From Perna viridis (taxonomy: Eukaryota): 64,000 bases of DNA. Position numbers and translations under genes: made by a program. Location: NCBI GenBank assembly GCA_037379345.1, contig CM074512.1, forward strand, positions 38,564,001-38,628,000, written 5' to 3'. This document shows positions 1 through 14,663 of this stretch, piece by piece (positions within the stretch are counted from its first letter, which is position 1; each line of letters starts with the position of its first letter). A model generated the notes under the pieces. It searched no databases, had not been told where the DNA came from, and worked only from the letters and a program-made list of their open reading frames with translations.

Positions 1-3000
1 GAACAAGGATAATTATGAAGAAATAAAGCAAACATAATGAGTAATATCGTACTTTGACAGCTAATCAAATTGATAATGCGATATGGAAATAAGTGTTGGG
101 CTTTGTGAAGGTTGTTGACCAAAGTTTTGCCATTCAGTCCTCATAAATATGATCTGAATCTATGGGCCAATGCAATATAATGTGTTAAATTCAATTCTTG
201 AGTTAACTAATATTAATGTTTGAACATGATTGGGAAATAAATATCTTAGAATGTATAAATTATAAAAACAGTATAACTAAATGGAAACAAAGAGAGAACA
301 ATATTTTCAAATCAAATGACGAAGTTCAAAAAAGACAAGAAAACTAAGACTATATGACAGTTAGGACGAGCACAGTTCAAGCTGAAGCGAAGTCTCAGCA
401 AGAGGTGAGAGCTCTACGGCAAATTAGTGGGCTGCAGTATACAAAAATATCAATTTTGTATATTGCTAATTTCGTCATGCTGTACACGTGTTTCAAGGAG
501 TTACCTTTCATTAGCAGCTTTAGAAAAATATAAATAGGAAGATCGAAATAAAGAATTATTTGCATGCAAGAAGTACTCAAAACCAAAACACTCGAAAATA
601 AAAGCCAGGCCAATCACCGAGAGGTTCTACCATGTGCAATACAAAGAATTAAGCCTCAGCGTTTTATGTATTTTAAAATTTGTTATACCGCAAATTTTGA
701 TTTATATCATAAACAAAATCTAATACATTTTGGAGTCAAACATATCCTTGGTTGTTGAATAACCTCGGGGAACTTCGGTTTATCTGCAGTGGCATCAAGT
801 CAGTGGTCATCAAATACAAATCAAGGAAGACGTATCTAAATACATCTTTATCTGAAAATAACATCACGTATTATACATTACATATCGATACAGGTTATAG
901 GTTAAGAATTTTTAATTAAACTAACTACTTTTAATCTCAACGATCAAATAAACTTTGGGTTTGTGCACGTATTTGACACCAACGATACTTGTTTTCATTT
1001 AAACTATCCTCCAACTTTTATTATATGACACATCCATATGACGAAATATTTATGAAACGTCAGTCTATCATTGCTACTAAGGCGTCTGGCATTGTGTACA
1101 TTATAAAAGCCCGTTTTTCTTGAAGTCCCTTGGCAATCGACAAGGACTCGAGGAACGTTATATTTTTCCTGTCATTAATACTGTAACAATCCAATTTAGT
1201 TAATTATACAGTGTAAACTACAAGAAATATGAATAAATAACGATGAAATAGTAATCCGTGATTGCTTAATAGCCCAATGCATAATGAAAAACATAAGATG
1301 AATACACTAAACAATTATTGCAAATGACAAAACACATTCAAGATAAAGACAGAGATCAGTTGAAGAACGGACCCTTAAAGTATAGGTGTGGACACAGACT
1401 GGTATTGCCCGACGAGCAAATTTAATCATACATACGTTTTGTCTTGAAAGTGTTTGCATTGTCTAGAAAACCCCTCCATTCATTGATATCAGTAATTGAA
1501 TTATGCGCATGTTGATAAATATTCATTAACATATGTTACTAAATAAATATCAATAAATGGGGAACAAATTCCACATGGGCTTTGCATTACCATTAGACAA
1601 GTCATATACATATTACAATGCTTCTTCCTTGAAGGTGTACTTGCATGGTTTGATTTGGTATCATTCTGGACTCTCAGTTTTTTGGGATTAACAAAAAGCC
1701 AACAGTGTGGTATATGTCAGTTTCATTGATGGTCCTGATTTTAAAATGGTAGGGATGATAAACTAAAAATTAAATAGGAAAATTCCTTTAGCAGTTAGTA
1801 AAATCATATCAAAATTTCATAACAATTGATCAACCATAACTATAAGGCCATCACACGAAAACCAAGTGAATATTGACGAAGACGACACGGATGCCACCGG
1901 CGACATTAAATATAAACAAATATATAGATAGATTCGGGGGTTATACATGCTCCATTTTTAATTCCCTAAAAAACCTGTCAATTACTCTTCCTTAGGATCA
2001 ATTTAGAAGTGTGTGATTAGCTAAGAATTAACATCAATAAGGTCTTTGTATTTATATTAGTCCAAGTTAAACAGTTCTCAAGGAATAGAGAAAAAAAACT
2101 GCATCATAGAACAAAATCTCACTTACAGTAATGTACTCAACAGCAAACATTAAAAATTCTTATGAAACAAAATTACGGATATTTTATTTTTTTTAATTTA
2201 AGGACAAATCCATCGAAACTAGCTTACAGTTAACACTTCAAAATCAATATTTCGAGTAAATCTTGTATCTAATAATTTTATCAACTTCTAAATAGTTATA
2301 TACATTTTAGTCGGAAAGCGTTTTCTTGGAAAAAACTGTTTACTATAGTACCTGTTTTGCAGTTGTATTAAATATATTCAGAGGTACTACCAATATCGTT
2401 GGTTTCAGAATCAACAAATGACATATACATTCAGCACTTTACAACACTGTAATTAACTTTAGAATCTCTATTTCAACAAATCATGTACATTTTCTTCACA
2501 ATTTAACAAAACTTAGTTTTTTTACGTGTGTAGTATTAATGTCTTAATACTTAATACAACACTCGTCCTTTTAAAACTTTACAAAAATTATCAATTTTTT
2601 TTTAAATTGTTGTATATCAATGCCTGCATTTGTGGATTGATTTTGTGTTGTTACTCAGACGTATATTATCATACAGTAAATCTTTCTGTGTAATTCAAAA
2701 TCAATGTTTGTTGAATATTCTAAGGAAAACATCATTTGAAATCACTATGACTATGAAACATTTTTAAAGGACATTGCGTGTGCAATGTTATTTAACCTAC
2801 ATGCATATATGTGTACAATATTATAACAAAATAAGCTCAGAAAAGGAGATTATTACAACCAAATATTATGTTTCCTAAACTATTTCTCCACTTACTATGC
2901 AAAAGCTCAAATGTTGAAAATCAAATTTTACCATTCTCAATGGAGAAATAATACTGAGGGAGAATCTTGAGTGATACATATACATGCACATATATACAGA

Positions 3001-4313
3001 AACATGAAAAATTATCAACATGTTTGTCGTTAAGATTTTGTTCGTGTTTACACGTGTTTAAATGTTTTGATTTCAAAAGCCTGTTAACCATTTATGTATA
3101 TTGTACATGTATATAACATACTTGATTTAAATGTAGACTTGACAGACCCGTCGTACTTGTACAGTTCATAAACAATTTACACAGAATAGCAAGTATTTAA
3201 AGTCATAATGTGATAGTTTTTCTATAAATCGGACATTAAACAAAACAGCGGTAAGTAAACTTTAAGTATTTTAAAGATTTTATATGGTAAAGATATTAAT
3301 AAAGGGTAACATTTACATGTTCAATATTTAAGAATGAAGGTGACTAAAATTATATTTTTACGTAATAGTACACATACAAATTTTACTTCATTCGCACGAA
3401 GTCATAAACAAAAAAATATTTAAGTCAGATAAAGAGCTGACTGTACATGCAGTCTGACATATACATATATAGCAAAACTAAAAATCGTTGTACTTACATA
3501 TACACTGTACATAACCTCTATATGTATAATGAAGAGTCTCCGAAACTTCATGTTACAGTAATGGTAACTGAATGGACTACCCCGACTTAACTGTTTTACC
3601 TCAATGCCATGTGTTTTGCAACAAAACGTCGAAAAGTTCATATACATGATATACGCGTTTGTGTATGGAACATAACCCCCTAATATATATGTAAAAGGAA
3701 GGTGGTCCTATTTACCCTTGGATCAAAAGTTTTTCCTCCAGCAAAATGTGAAGACATATGGACCATGTTCAACTTATGGACTTAATAAAATGCAATTTGA
3801 AGAATCTACCTACCTCGTGGACTTCTTTGTTAGCATTTTTCCATTGAAAAATATTTACCAATTTGAAAAAAAAATTGATTTCAGAACCGCTTTTGAAAAC
3901 CCGAAACCCAAACCTCAAATTATTTGTACATATATAGACTACTCCTACAATGTAAAAGGTTAAAATTCCGTTAATTCCTCCATACCCTAAGTAAGTCACC
4001 AAATAGCTTGCCAGACAATCTCTAGCACTGCTGGAGTAATAAATAGACCTCCCACTTATGCCTGAAAAATGATATGTTTCCGGTCAGCCTACCAACCCTT
4101 TCTCAGACCCCCTACTCAAAAGTTTCTATTTGTGATTTTGAAAAAAAAATAATATAAAAAGTTTACCCTTTCAGAAAAAAAAAGGAAAATAAGACCTAAA
4201 ATGTTTTTTTTTCTATCCTAGATGAAAAAAAAACAAAGAATTAAAAGTAATGGTTGTTTACATATAGAATCGATTATAAACACACGTCTCGTGAATGTGC
4301 TCGTGGCCGTGGA

Positions 4314-4412
4314 TAATCCCATTCGGGATTCGGCTCTTGAGATATTTTTTTGTTTTGACTACCACCGTCAAAACGAAAAATATTTCAAGCGCCGAATCCC
4401 AAAATGGATTAA
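4314..4412. mobile_element. 99-bp palindromic MITE-like insert flanked by an 8-bp direct repeat
   Basis: Arms GGATTCGGCTCTTGAGATATTTTTTTGTTTTGAC / GTCAAAACGAAAAATATTTCAAGCGCCGAATCC with a 7-nt loop. GCCGTGGA lies on both sides (4306-4313, 4413-4420). Confidence 0.6.
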
Positions 4413-7400
4413 GCCGTGGACTAAGTTTAGTCATGTTTAGTCTTTGTATATTTGGTTATCATTGTATTCTAAGTTTGGTGTCACTATGACTTATTTAATT
4501 AAAAAAAAATTAAAAAAATAAATTCCTATACTTACCAACCCTACGAACTTTGAGAATGGTGATGGGAAACTTAACATTATTTTTTTCGGCCTTGGAGATT
4601 TCTCATCAATTGACTGGCATGCACCAATAAGTTGATTTACCTATCTCTCTTACATGTACTTGAAAGTATTGATTTTATCCCAAAAAGTAATTTGCTGGGT
4701 CAAAGATTCAGCAGAAGTGTATGCTGTAGAATATAAGCGTGCAGATCACAAATTGGATCACTAGGTCACGGATTGACATTAAATCACGTGACAATACATT
4801 CAATGAATTTAATGAATGAACCTAGTCACATGACAACTAATTCCTCGAATACACCATGACCCACATTCACAGGTATGACTCTGCCCGGGAACTGTATAAG
4901 TGCTTTGATGCTTTACACCGTCCGTAAGAGACCCCAAATGATAGCCAGGGACATTAAGAAAGTCCTCAATTCTTCATGTATTACAAATAATATACCACAT
5001 ATGAGTGCAGACAGGGTCTAACAGTATTGAGTATATATGTTAGCACGAAAAATTACGAAAAAAAAACGAAAATTTAACCAAGTATAGAAACAGTCAGCTG
5101 ATGGTCAGCGTCACTCATATCGTGCAAAAGATGGCTAACGCTAACACTGTGTTACGAAATATTTTGGGTGATTTTGGTTTTTTTTTGTATTCACAAAAAA
5201 AGTCGAATTATCTGTTAGAACCAACAGTGACCTAGCTTTATAATGCACGAAATGAAGAGTGTAACGGATATACTGAAAGTGTTATATTTTTCAACTTCAT
5301 TGTTATAGTGTTATTTAACAAAGCCAAGTATCTTAAATTAAACTTATAATGTTATTACAAACACATCCTTTTTGATCATCTTAACACGTTGTATCTGATA
5401 TCCTGACACCATTGTTGATTACAACGAGTCTGCTAAAGTATGTTATAAGCTTATCTATGGTCGTAATAGAAATCTTTTCAATTTCAATTTTGATTTTTGA
5501 AGTGAACATTGAAATCTCGACCTTAAAAGGTTATTCTATAATCAATTTATTTGATAATCAAATAATCTTATGTCATGATTTTTTTCATGTGTTTTGTTTG
5601 TTTTTATTGCTGAATTTTCTTAGCTTCTATGCAACTTTTAAAATAGCTAATATGGCTTTTTATCTCATGACTAGACCGATGGTTTTTTTTTATCCCAACG
5701 GACGAAACAATTTGTGCCATTACTTTTTGTCATGAAACAATTCGGCCAACATTTAAATTTCAGCATTCAGAATACTCAATCAACTAGAAATATGTCGCTG
5801 ATTAAGGGCATTTATATATTTGATGCTTTTATATGTCTACGATATGTCTGGTCTTGTTGAAATATCTTTCTACCATCATTCTATCAATTAACTGTCGTAT
5901 TAATTGAGTTAAAGACATTATATGTCCATAATATATCAAGGGAGAGAAACAGAGGAACATGTGTTTTCCATTAATTAGTGCATTATTCAATTCAAACCAT
6001 AGATATTTATTTATCATGGATGTCCCTGTTTACTCACAAAATGGCAGTTAGCATGAAAATGTCAGTGGAAAAAAGGTTAGATGATAATTCTCCTTATTTT
6101 TCGCTAATTGGAGTATTCCGTTGTTAATGAAAATCCTTTCAATTTCGTGCTCTGACAGCAAGCATTCACAAAAAGCTTGACTAGAAAAAATGTCATGTTA
6201 AGAAAAACGAAATAAAAAAAATATTAGAGAAGAAAAATTCCAAAAATAAAATATTACATATAACAAACTGGTGCAGGCATTTGCAGGACACAACTTCCAG
6301 TATTCGACATAAAATAGAGTGGCTGCATTTATTTTAATGGAACAGTTGTTTTCAGTGTTTGGAAGAAAATTCAAGCAGAACCGTTGTTTGATAGGTATAA
6401 ATCTCACAGTCGGGGTCACAGTCGGAAATATCTGTAACATATACCTGGTACAACAGTAGGGAAGGAGGTCTCTCCACTTCTGGCTGATTCCGTCAAAATA
6501 TGGATATATTTATAAATTGCCCTGACACCAGTCTACCTCATTGGAGTTTTTTTGAGTGTATATTTGTACCGACCCAGTTTGTTAATGGCGTTGTCCTGAA
6601 CTTCATTTTTAAGTAATAGCAGAGAAATATCTTGTTATTGTAATTAACATTTCAAATTTCAAACCATGCTCTATATTTATTTGTTGTAGTTTAAAAATGG
6701 AGGCGTAAAGTATCAATTATAGAAACTTTTTTGCTCAAGTTTTTACATTAACGAGTTCCAAATCCTTTTCATTATAATGTTTAAAGAAGTACTGAAGAGC
6801 TTTAGACTATAATTACTTCAAAATGTTGTTACATTTAACGGAAGAATATTTCAACATATCTAATAGGTTTTATGAAATTTTTCCATCTGTGGTTGTGTTT
6901 TTTAATTGTTTTTGTTGTTGTTTATTTCTTTGTGTTTCTTATTGTATTTTCAATTTATCACTATTATTTTGTTGTCAAGGTGATAATGTCGATATTGCAT
7001 TATTTTATGTATTTGATTAGCTCGTATGGTAATTGTGAAGACCTACTTATTTCGTTTTCTTTATTTCACTGTATTGTGTTGTATTATATTTCGTTTCGTT
7101 TTCTTAGTCATATTTCTTGATAATTTTCCTGTTTTTCTTTCTTGGCAAATGATTAGCATTTGTCATCAAAAGTACAGGGTAAATATCAAGCTATGACATA
7201 AAAAAAACAACATGTTTTTGAGGAAAAACAGTATTTTCATGAAAAATAATGCTTCCGAAAGGGGTCTATTTTATGAACTCAAAAATAAAAGTGAAAGTAG
7301 AAAAAGTCTACTTTTACTTCGACCTGTTCTGGTGTATCAAAGTTCGTGCCTTTTTTCCCTAAAACGGACGTAAAAACTATTTTTTACATTTCCTTAATGG

Positions 7401-9019
7401 AAAAACATGGTCAAAAATTAGATTGAAACTTCTTGTTTTTTTTTAAATCATGAAAATTTAAGGTATACTATGGAAGCCTATGGGTAAAGAATACAAGACT
7501 GAGACCTGATATTCACAGTTTCAGTGGAAACCGGGATTTTTAGTAAGGCCTCATTTTTTAAAATTTTTATGGCATATTTTTACTAAATTTAGAAATTAGA
7601 AATGTTTTTTGTAGATTAAAAGCTGACCAATGGATTGCAATAGTTTTCTCAACACAACTTCATTAGAAATAAATTGGGACACTTAAATTGCTGAATTATA
7701 AACAGTTTTGACTTCTTGACATTTTTAATACTTGGAGTAGAGACTTGAAAATCATCGAATTGCTCTTGATATGCATGACATATAAAAACTGAAATGTTTT
7801 TTTTTCTTTTTCACTTTTATTCTTTAAATACTCAAGAAGTGCTGTAAAACAGCCTTTGATTGAATAAAAGTGAAAACTGATCAATAAAACATTTAATCTC
7901 ATAAATAACCATTTCTAATGATACTTCCACTCAAATTCTAATGCCGCTTATAAAAAATGGTGTTAAATGACATATAAAAAAAAGCGAACTTTCTTCAATA
8001 GTCTGTGAAGTAAGTAGAAACTTTGATGTTTTCTGTGTATGTTACTTACTGTTCTTGCAAAATATCTATCTTTTCATGTGAGATATTTCTACTTCTGTAA
8101 CTACCGAGTACATTTATACATGCCCAGGGTACCAAATTTGACTGAAATCTGCATTTTTGGCAAATAAGATGTCTTTTTCATTAAAATAATGGTAAATATG
8201 CAACATTTTTACCCTATTTTACCTTTGTGTAAACAAGAACTTCAACTTTGTGCAGTTATCAAGAGGTTCCCTTATGTTAAGTCTAAAATGGGGGTTTGAA
8301 CTTGACTTTTTGTGAATATGAGACAAACAATTGAGATTTTGAAACAATTTGGTATTCATAGAATAGTTAAGACATTTGTCTTATCAATACAGACCACCTT
8401 TCATGTTTAAAAAGTAACTAAATTATGTTTTTATCAAAACTTGTCTTTTTTTGCAAAAATTTAAATATTTGATTTAATACTGTTATAGAGTACCTATATG
8501 AAAATTGGAACTAAAATTCACAGGAAAGTAGGAGGACTGAGATATTTTGTCTTTAAGTTGGAAATTGAACCAGTTATAGAAAAGCAACAACATTTAAAGA
8601 TATCTAATAGTTTTAATTAGTGGAAAGGGGAGGTTTGACGTGCTGTAAAGCCTAGATTTAACCCACCATTTCATTTGAAATGCCTCTACCATTGCGGAAC
8701 CAGGTATTATGGTGATGTGATATCTATTTTGTCCGATTTATTTTGGATGATTATAGATCGGATTAGTTTTCGATAATTTTGTTACCCTTGTCCATTGTCC
8801 TTAATCGATAAATATTAATACATGCCTCTTATTGGGATAATAATATAATAACGCTAGTTCAAAGGTTCTGGTCTTGACCCAAAAAATTTAAGTTTCTTTA
8901 TATGCTTGGTTAAATTAACTGTTTGGACAATATTTAATTTTTGTAACCTGACTATCCTAGTAAAAATCTAAAAACCAGATGTTCTAGTCTATCATAAGAC
9001 ATGCTATTGCTAAATATAT

Positions 9020-9262
9020 TGATTGAATGCTGTCTTACGTCAAATATATTATGCATTACAGGACGAGAACATTTGACCATTTGAACAGACCCTGCTAACA
9101 CGATAAGCCAGATTGTTACCGTGCTTGCAGAAGCAACATCCCACAGGCATACACTTCACCCCAAACGAAATATCATTCTGACAACAACATAACTCGACTG
9201 GCAATCGAACCCATGTTCTTTCGCACTTGAGGAAAGTACACTTCCACTATTCAGGCGGTACC
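9020..9262 (-). mobile_element. Decayed tRNA-derived SINE ~500 nt upstream of the globin A ATG
   Basis: B-box GGGTTCGATTGCC on the minus strand; AATATCATTCTGAC block shared with the 51105-51425 copy. Confidence 0.5.
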
Positions 9263-9778
9263 ATCTAATATATTCACGTTCAGCCTAAATTGTTAGAGAA
9301 AGATAAATTTAAAATAAGACTTTACAAGATAATTGTTTTTCAAATATATTTTTAGGACTTTTTTCGATATTTTCTGCTTTTGTTCTTTTGCAGCCACTTT
9401 TGAATGTGCATAGTATTAACAAAAGTTAACCAAGAATATAAGTAAATGATCAACAAGAAGCGCATTTAATCAATTATCGAAATAAATGATTTTCAACGCA
9501 TTGTATATTATTTTAAGTAGGTTCATCAAGAAACATACCGTACACAGTGGCTTGTTTTAATCAAATTTCTGGAAAAGTTTAAGCAATCATTGATTAGTTT
9601 TCTGACGACATTTCCAGTGGCAATATAAATACAATAGTTCAACATGCCTCGAGTTTACTTCTTTGCTTATCTCCATTTTTTGACAAATGCCACGCCTCTG
9701 ATAGGATGATTTCTGTAGAACAGATAATTTAAAACGAACACGAATTGCGATAATAATGACCGTGTATAAGTTTATTTA

Positions 9779-9939
9779 ATGGGAAATAATTTTACTGTCT
9801 GTCGGTCTGTGACTTATGGAAGGAAAGGAGGTGGACAGTTAAGTGCTTATCTTACCATTCATCAGATTCATATCGTTCAGGATACCTGGGATTTGATAAA
9901 AGACGATCTGGCTAAATTAGGAATTATTATCTTTACGAG
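9779..9939 (+). CDS. Globin A (N-acylated, GbX/neuroglobin-like), coding exon 1
   Basis: ATG at 9779 gives MGNNFTVCRSVTYGRKGGGQLSAYLTIHQIHIVQDTWDLIKDDLAKLGIIIFT-R (A helix with conserved W, B helix with Phe B10). Ends AG|GTAGTG in phase 2 (B12.2). Homologous to exon 40992-41161. Not in the ORF track. Confidence 0.92.
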
Positions 9940-12203
9940 GTAGTGTAAAACTAGTTCCTAAGTAGTAACTTATTATCCTCAACACTTTAGGCTTTAGATG
10001 ATTTTGCGTTAATATTTGAAGTACTGTCAAAAACTTGATTTTAGGTGAAAACGTTTTTATGATTTATTCTCATTTACGCTGTAGCTTAACATAAGGAGGC
10101 GGAGTCTGAAGAAATAATCAAATGCAATCATTTTCCATTCTGATTTTGTTACAATCAGAAGTCTGTTTCATTATTATCATTTCAGAATTGCATTGTAATC
10201 TTAAACGATTGTGTTTTTATGACACTTTACAGAAAAAAGATAAGTTAGGTCGACAAAAAATATTAGTCCGTGGTTCATTATGCAGATCACTAAGTGTTAA
10301 AATATTTGAAAGTAATATTCATATCAACATTAACGGCGTCATTATACAAACATGGAGTAGGGGAATGTTGAGTTACATCAATAGAACTAAAACAACGGAT
10401 TGAATATGTTTAAAACAAAGACCCAAAACATCGTTCGTGTCATTCATTTGTTCATTTTATTGAAGACTTATTTCAATAAGTTTACCAGGTCATTAGTTCA
10501 TGCTCATAGGTAGTGTTGGTAAACGACTGCAATAGGTTTACTGGTTAATTCGTTTTAAATGAGGGTGTTAAAGTGACAGAGATTTACAAGAAAAAATAAA
10601 ATGGAAAACGTTTGTGTAAAAACGAAGGCCTTTTAACGCGGCTACGTCCAAACGACGATAAGGTTTTCCGCATTTTTTTCTAAACTATTTTTTTAATAAG
10701 GCAGTTCACTTAAGTCCCAGTCACATTGGGACTTCCCATTTTTTGATAAATTGCATTTGGTTTGAATCGAGCCTTGACAAACAAGCAAAATTTCTGTTGA
10801 GTATGCCCTCTATCTGCCTTATAAAATCAAACTGTTTATTACAAAAATAGTTATAGGTCATTAGTAAGAAATAATGATAAGTAAGTTAAAACAGTGTTAG
10901 TTTGATCTTAATAGTAATGCTTTCTTGTACCCGAAGATGCATGCCATTTGGAAGGTTTTAATCTAAAATATAACGAACATTGAGATAAAGGTTAATGTTC
11001 CACCATCAAAGGTCTTAGCTTGTCCAATACGTGGAAAAGGAACACCTTTCTTTCAGAAACAACTTAATACATTGTACAAATTTCATTTTATCTCCGGTAT
11101 TTAAAATGTAGTACAAAGCAAAGACACAAACAAAAGAAATACCGGAATCATAATCATATTTCGAAATTGATATAAATAGTAAATGAACTGGCAAAATTAA
11201 ATGAAAAATAAAAAATGAAATTACAACTATGCTCAAGTCCTTCTGTGTGGAGGTAAATTGCATTAAAATCTGAAATAAAATGTATGTAAAGACCTGTCGA
11301 TCAACAGTACAGTCGTACTTGTCCTGTGTTCTAATACCGGCCTATGTTTTACTTATCTAAATAAGATTATTTTAGAAGATGTTACAAAAATTGCATTTTT
11401 GCAGTTATCTGCCTCTGAATGTAATTATTACTCATTTTACCAGAATAATATGAAGAATCTGCTTGTAGAATACTGCAATAACATTATCACAGCGATTGGG
11501 TATTTCTGCAATTTCTGATAATGTTTCACCTATTGTTTGAATCTTTCAAAGACACGTAAATAAGTCTTGAAATCTTGTGGGTTTTTTTTCAGTCTGGTAT
11601 ATCTTCTGCTTGTTTGTTTTGTTCCAAAGAACGTCGTAATTTGTAACTTCAAGACATATCTGTTAATGATTATTAGTTTACAGAGCTTATAATTATATAA
11701 TAAATAAGTATGTAAATTTAAACCTGTTCAAGTTTTGTTTTGACACACACTTTTCAATAACAGAGTGCTTAGAAACTATAGTAACGTGAATAAACAAACA
11801 TTATTCTGACAGAAGAATAATTTGTCTATATTTTTTGTTGTATGACAAATAAGACAAGGCTTGCGTCTGTAGTAATTTCTAAGCTCCAGGAAACTTGCAA
11901 AAATCGATCATATGTTTTTTTTTTCATTCTGTAGAGGTCAATAAATAGTCATTCAGGACATTTTTCACTCTTTTGTGAACATATTTTCTTTTATACTTTT
12001 GAATCAATTGTATTATGTATTTCAACAGAATGTTTTTGAGGTTAATAACCATGTAAGAATCTTTTTTTGAAGAATACCTGTATTTTAACAACTTATTTAA
12101 AAAAAATAAATTTAAAACGCATCACTTACACATGCATTCAAGCTGTACATTAACAAGTATTAAATGTATCCCTGCAAAACGATTCAAAGCTAAAATCGTC
12201 ACC

Positions 12204-12294
12204 GTTGTTGTATTCGTTTTCCATGTCTGTTCTTTGTCCCTGGATTACATTCTTGTGATTTCCGCTAGAATCTTGGTTCCTTTGATTACTCTTT
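12204..12294 (+). mobile_element. Short 3'-end fragment of the same element (globin A intron 1)
   Basis: TTTTCCATGTC...TCTTTGTCCCTGGATTACATTCTT...CTTGGTTCC.TTGATTACTCTTT matches 42420-42500. Confidence 0.75.
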
Positions 12295-13218
12295 CATTCC
12301 TGCCGTGGTTTGTTTTCTCTATATAAACTTCATACCGACTATCTTCATTTACAATGACGGCTGATTGCTTGCAACTTTGGTCTAATTCGTCCTTGAATGT
12401 AATTGACAACTTCGAATGTAATCGTTATTTCGTGCATCACGTCTTATACTATATCGCATTAATGTTTCTTTGTTATTTAGTGTTGCTTGACAGCTACTTA
12501 ATGAATTTTTGTGCAAGTTACTAAATAAATGTAACTTGTGCTATATGTAATTGACTAGAAAACCATTGTATCCAGCATAGAATAGGAAACTGCAGCACAA
12601 GCACATCATACATTTGTAAATCTACTTTGACGATGAATATGAATGCAAATTGTTCGGCGTTTTTGTTTTGATTAAAGGCAAAACGTCTTAAGGAGTTCTA
12701 CTTCAAGTCATTAAGCTAATGTGATAGCTTTACATTGTGACTATTTATCAAGAACTAATTTACTTCCCATATAATACTTGGGCTGTAAACAATAAGGAGC
12801 TTTTGTAAATGTATTAATTTTGCTAATAGCCTAAATGCCATTCACACGATTATTTCAATAGGCCAAGTATAAGGGAATGAATTGATTCAATGAAGGAATA
12901 CATTTTTATAATGAAATTAAACTGTAAGAACCTAAGAATAACAAAATTTAAAACTTTAGATGTGATTAAATGTAGAAATTTAAATGAGTAATGGGCCCAA
13001 GTTGTAATTCATTTCGTGTAATTTGTTCAAGTGTAGCAGTGTCTTAATAAAATAGTATGGTTGATAAAGCAATTATGTAACTGTACTTTAATATCAGTAA
13101 ACAACATGCCATTAAAACAACAAAAAAATATCAATAAATCTTAAGTTGCGTTTTTCCTTTTCTGAAACTTTATCTTATACCACCTTAAAACGCAAAGGTT
13201 CAATAAAAACCGTATCAC

Positions 13219-13221
<3 letters not shown>

Positions 13222-13270
<49 letters not shown>
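13222..13270. repeat. (CA)n microsatellite, ~24 units, globin A intron 1
   Basis: Perfect AC run read directly. Confidence 0.97.
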
Positions 13271-13273
<3 letters not shown>

Positions 13274-14050
13274 CAAAAGGAAATTAAATTAGACAACAAC
13301 CTCTTTGTCAAATCTGTTGTTAAGAAAAAAATCTTTAGTTTAAAAGTATAATCATAAAATGATTTAAAACAATATGAACAGAAACAATGAAAAACGATAT
13401 TCTGTATTGGACTAGTAACGCGTTAATCCGTTCGATTGTACTAGAACTTGAGTAGTACAATGCTTCTCCATCAAATACAAAGCGTAGGAGAAAGAGTGGC
13501 AATACTTGGCTCGGAGTAAGTAAAACGAGTCAAAGTTATTTATATTAGCTAGCATATTAAAATCTGAGTCAGCGTGGGGAACTTATACAAAGCAGGACCT
13601 GTTCGGCGTTCTCTAGTTTTTTATTAAAGTGGATTATTGAGGCCTTCGAAACGAGTAGACCTTCACTGCAGATTTATGCGCCTGTCCCAAGCCAGGAGAT
13701 GTTGGTCAATAAATGGTTTCGGTTTTGTTATTTTACTTTTTGTTTTCAATTTGAATAAGTGTCATAGTTCAGTTACTCTTGATTTCATTACCTTTCTTAT
13801 CGGGGCCTTTCACAGCTAACCAAAGGTGTATTTACCATTTACACTTGTTGAAGACCTTTTTGACCTCTGAAAGTATTAACTGTCTTTTATTTAGGTAATA
13901 CACTTGTTCATTTGATGCGTTTCACCAGATCCTTTTTTCTATTGTCCTGAAATGCCCGAAATATTTTATGTCAATATTTGCAACAATCAATTAATCAATC
14001 AAAAACAAACAACCATAAAAAGTCAACTGCAAACTTTCTGATACTTCCAG

Positions 14051-14288
14051 GTTTTTTGAGACGGAACCTGATGTGAAATCTTTTTTCCCCAAGATAGTAC
14101 GCATGAACAACGATAATGAGTTGGAATGGGAAATAGACAAAGACATGCTACAGAAACATGCTGTGTCGGTGATGGAAGGACTTGGGGCAGCCGTAGAGAG
14201 TTTAGACGAATCTGATTTTCTCAACAATGTTTTGATCGCAATAGGACAAACTCATGTAAAAAGAGATATAAAACCACAAATGTTAAAG
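14051..14288 (+). CDS. Globin A, coding exon 2 (C to F helices)
   Basis: Acceptor TTCCAG|G, donor AAG|GTGAAT, 238 nt. Encodes FFETEPDVKSFFPKIVRM...QKHAVSVMEGLGAAVESLD...IGQTHVKRDIKPQMLK with Pro C2, Phe CD1, His E7 and His F8. Phases match both neighbouring exons. Confidence 0.96.
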
Positions 14289-14663
14289 GTGAATAACATT
14301 ATCTCAAATGTATGGACATTTCTATTTTTTCCGTATCAAAACATGTATAAATTGGACCCGGACGAGTAAGTCGAATACCCCTTATACACATTTCTTAGTT
14401 CATTCTTGGAAACTTATGCTTTATACATTAAAATATATTGTAGTTCAGTTTTATTCAAGTCAGACAAATAACACTCTGAGGTTATCTCTATATTTGTTCT
14501 GTTCATTATTTCGATATTGGGTTTTTATTTTTCAGCTGTAAATTGGTGTTTATGATATTCGTGATTGGTTTGTATCTGTTGTCGTTTGACAGTTTGAGTT
14601 CCCATACTTTTAAACTATGTACTAGTATTTAATTCATTATTTCTTCTTTTTATCTCATTCCAG

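Noticed and set aside
7258-8401. ~1.1-kb possible non-autonomous DNA transposon (AAAGGGGTCT.../...AGACCACCTTT)
   Set aside because: TIR is short and imperfect, with no clean TSD or second copy in the window.
13991-14227. Antisense ORFs over globin exons (also 35347-35733 and 40905-41141)
   Set aside because: Shadow or alternative frames of the true globin exons.
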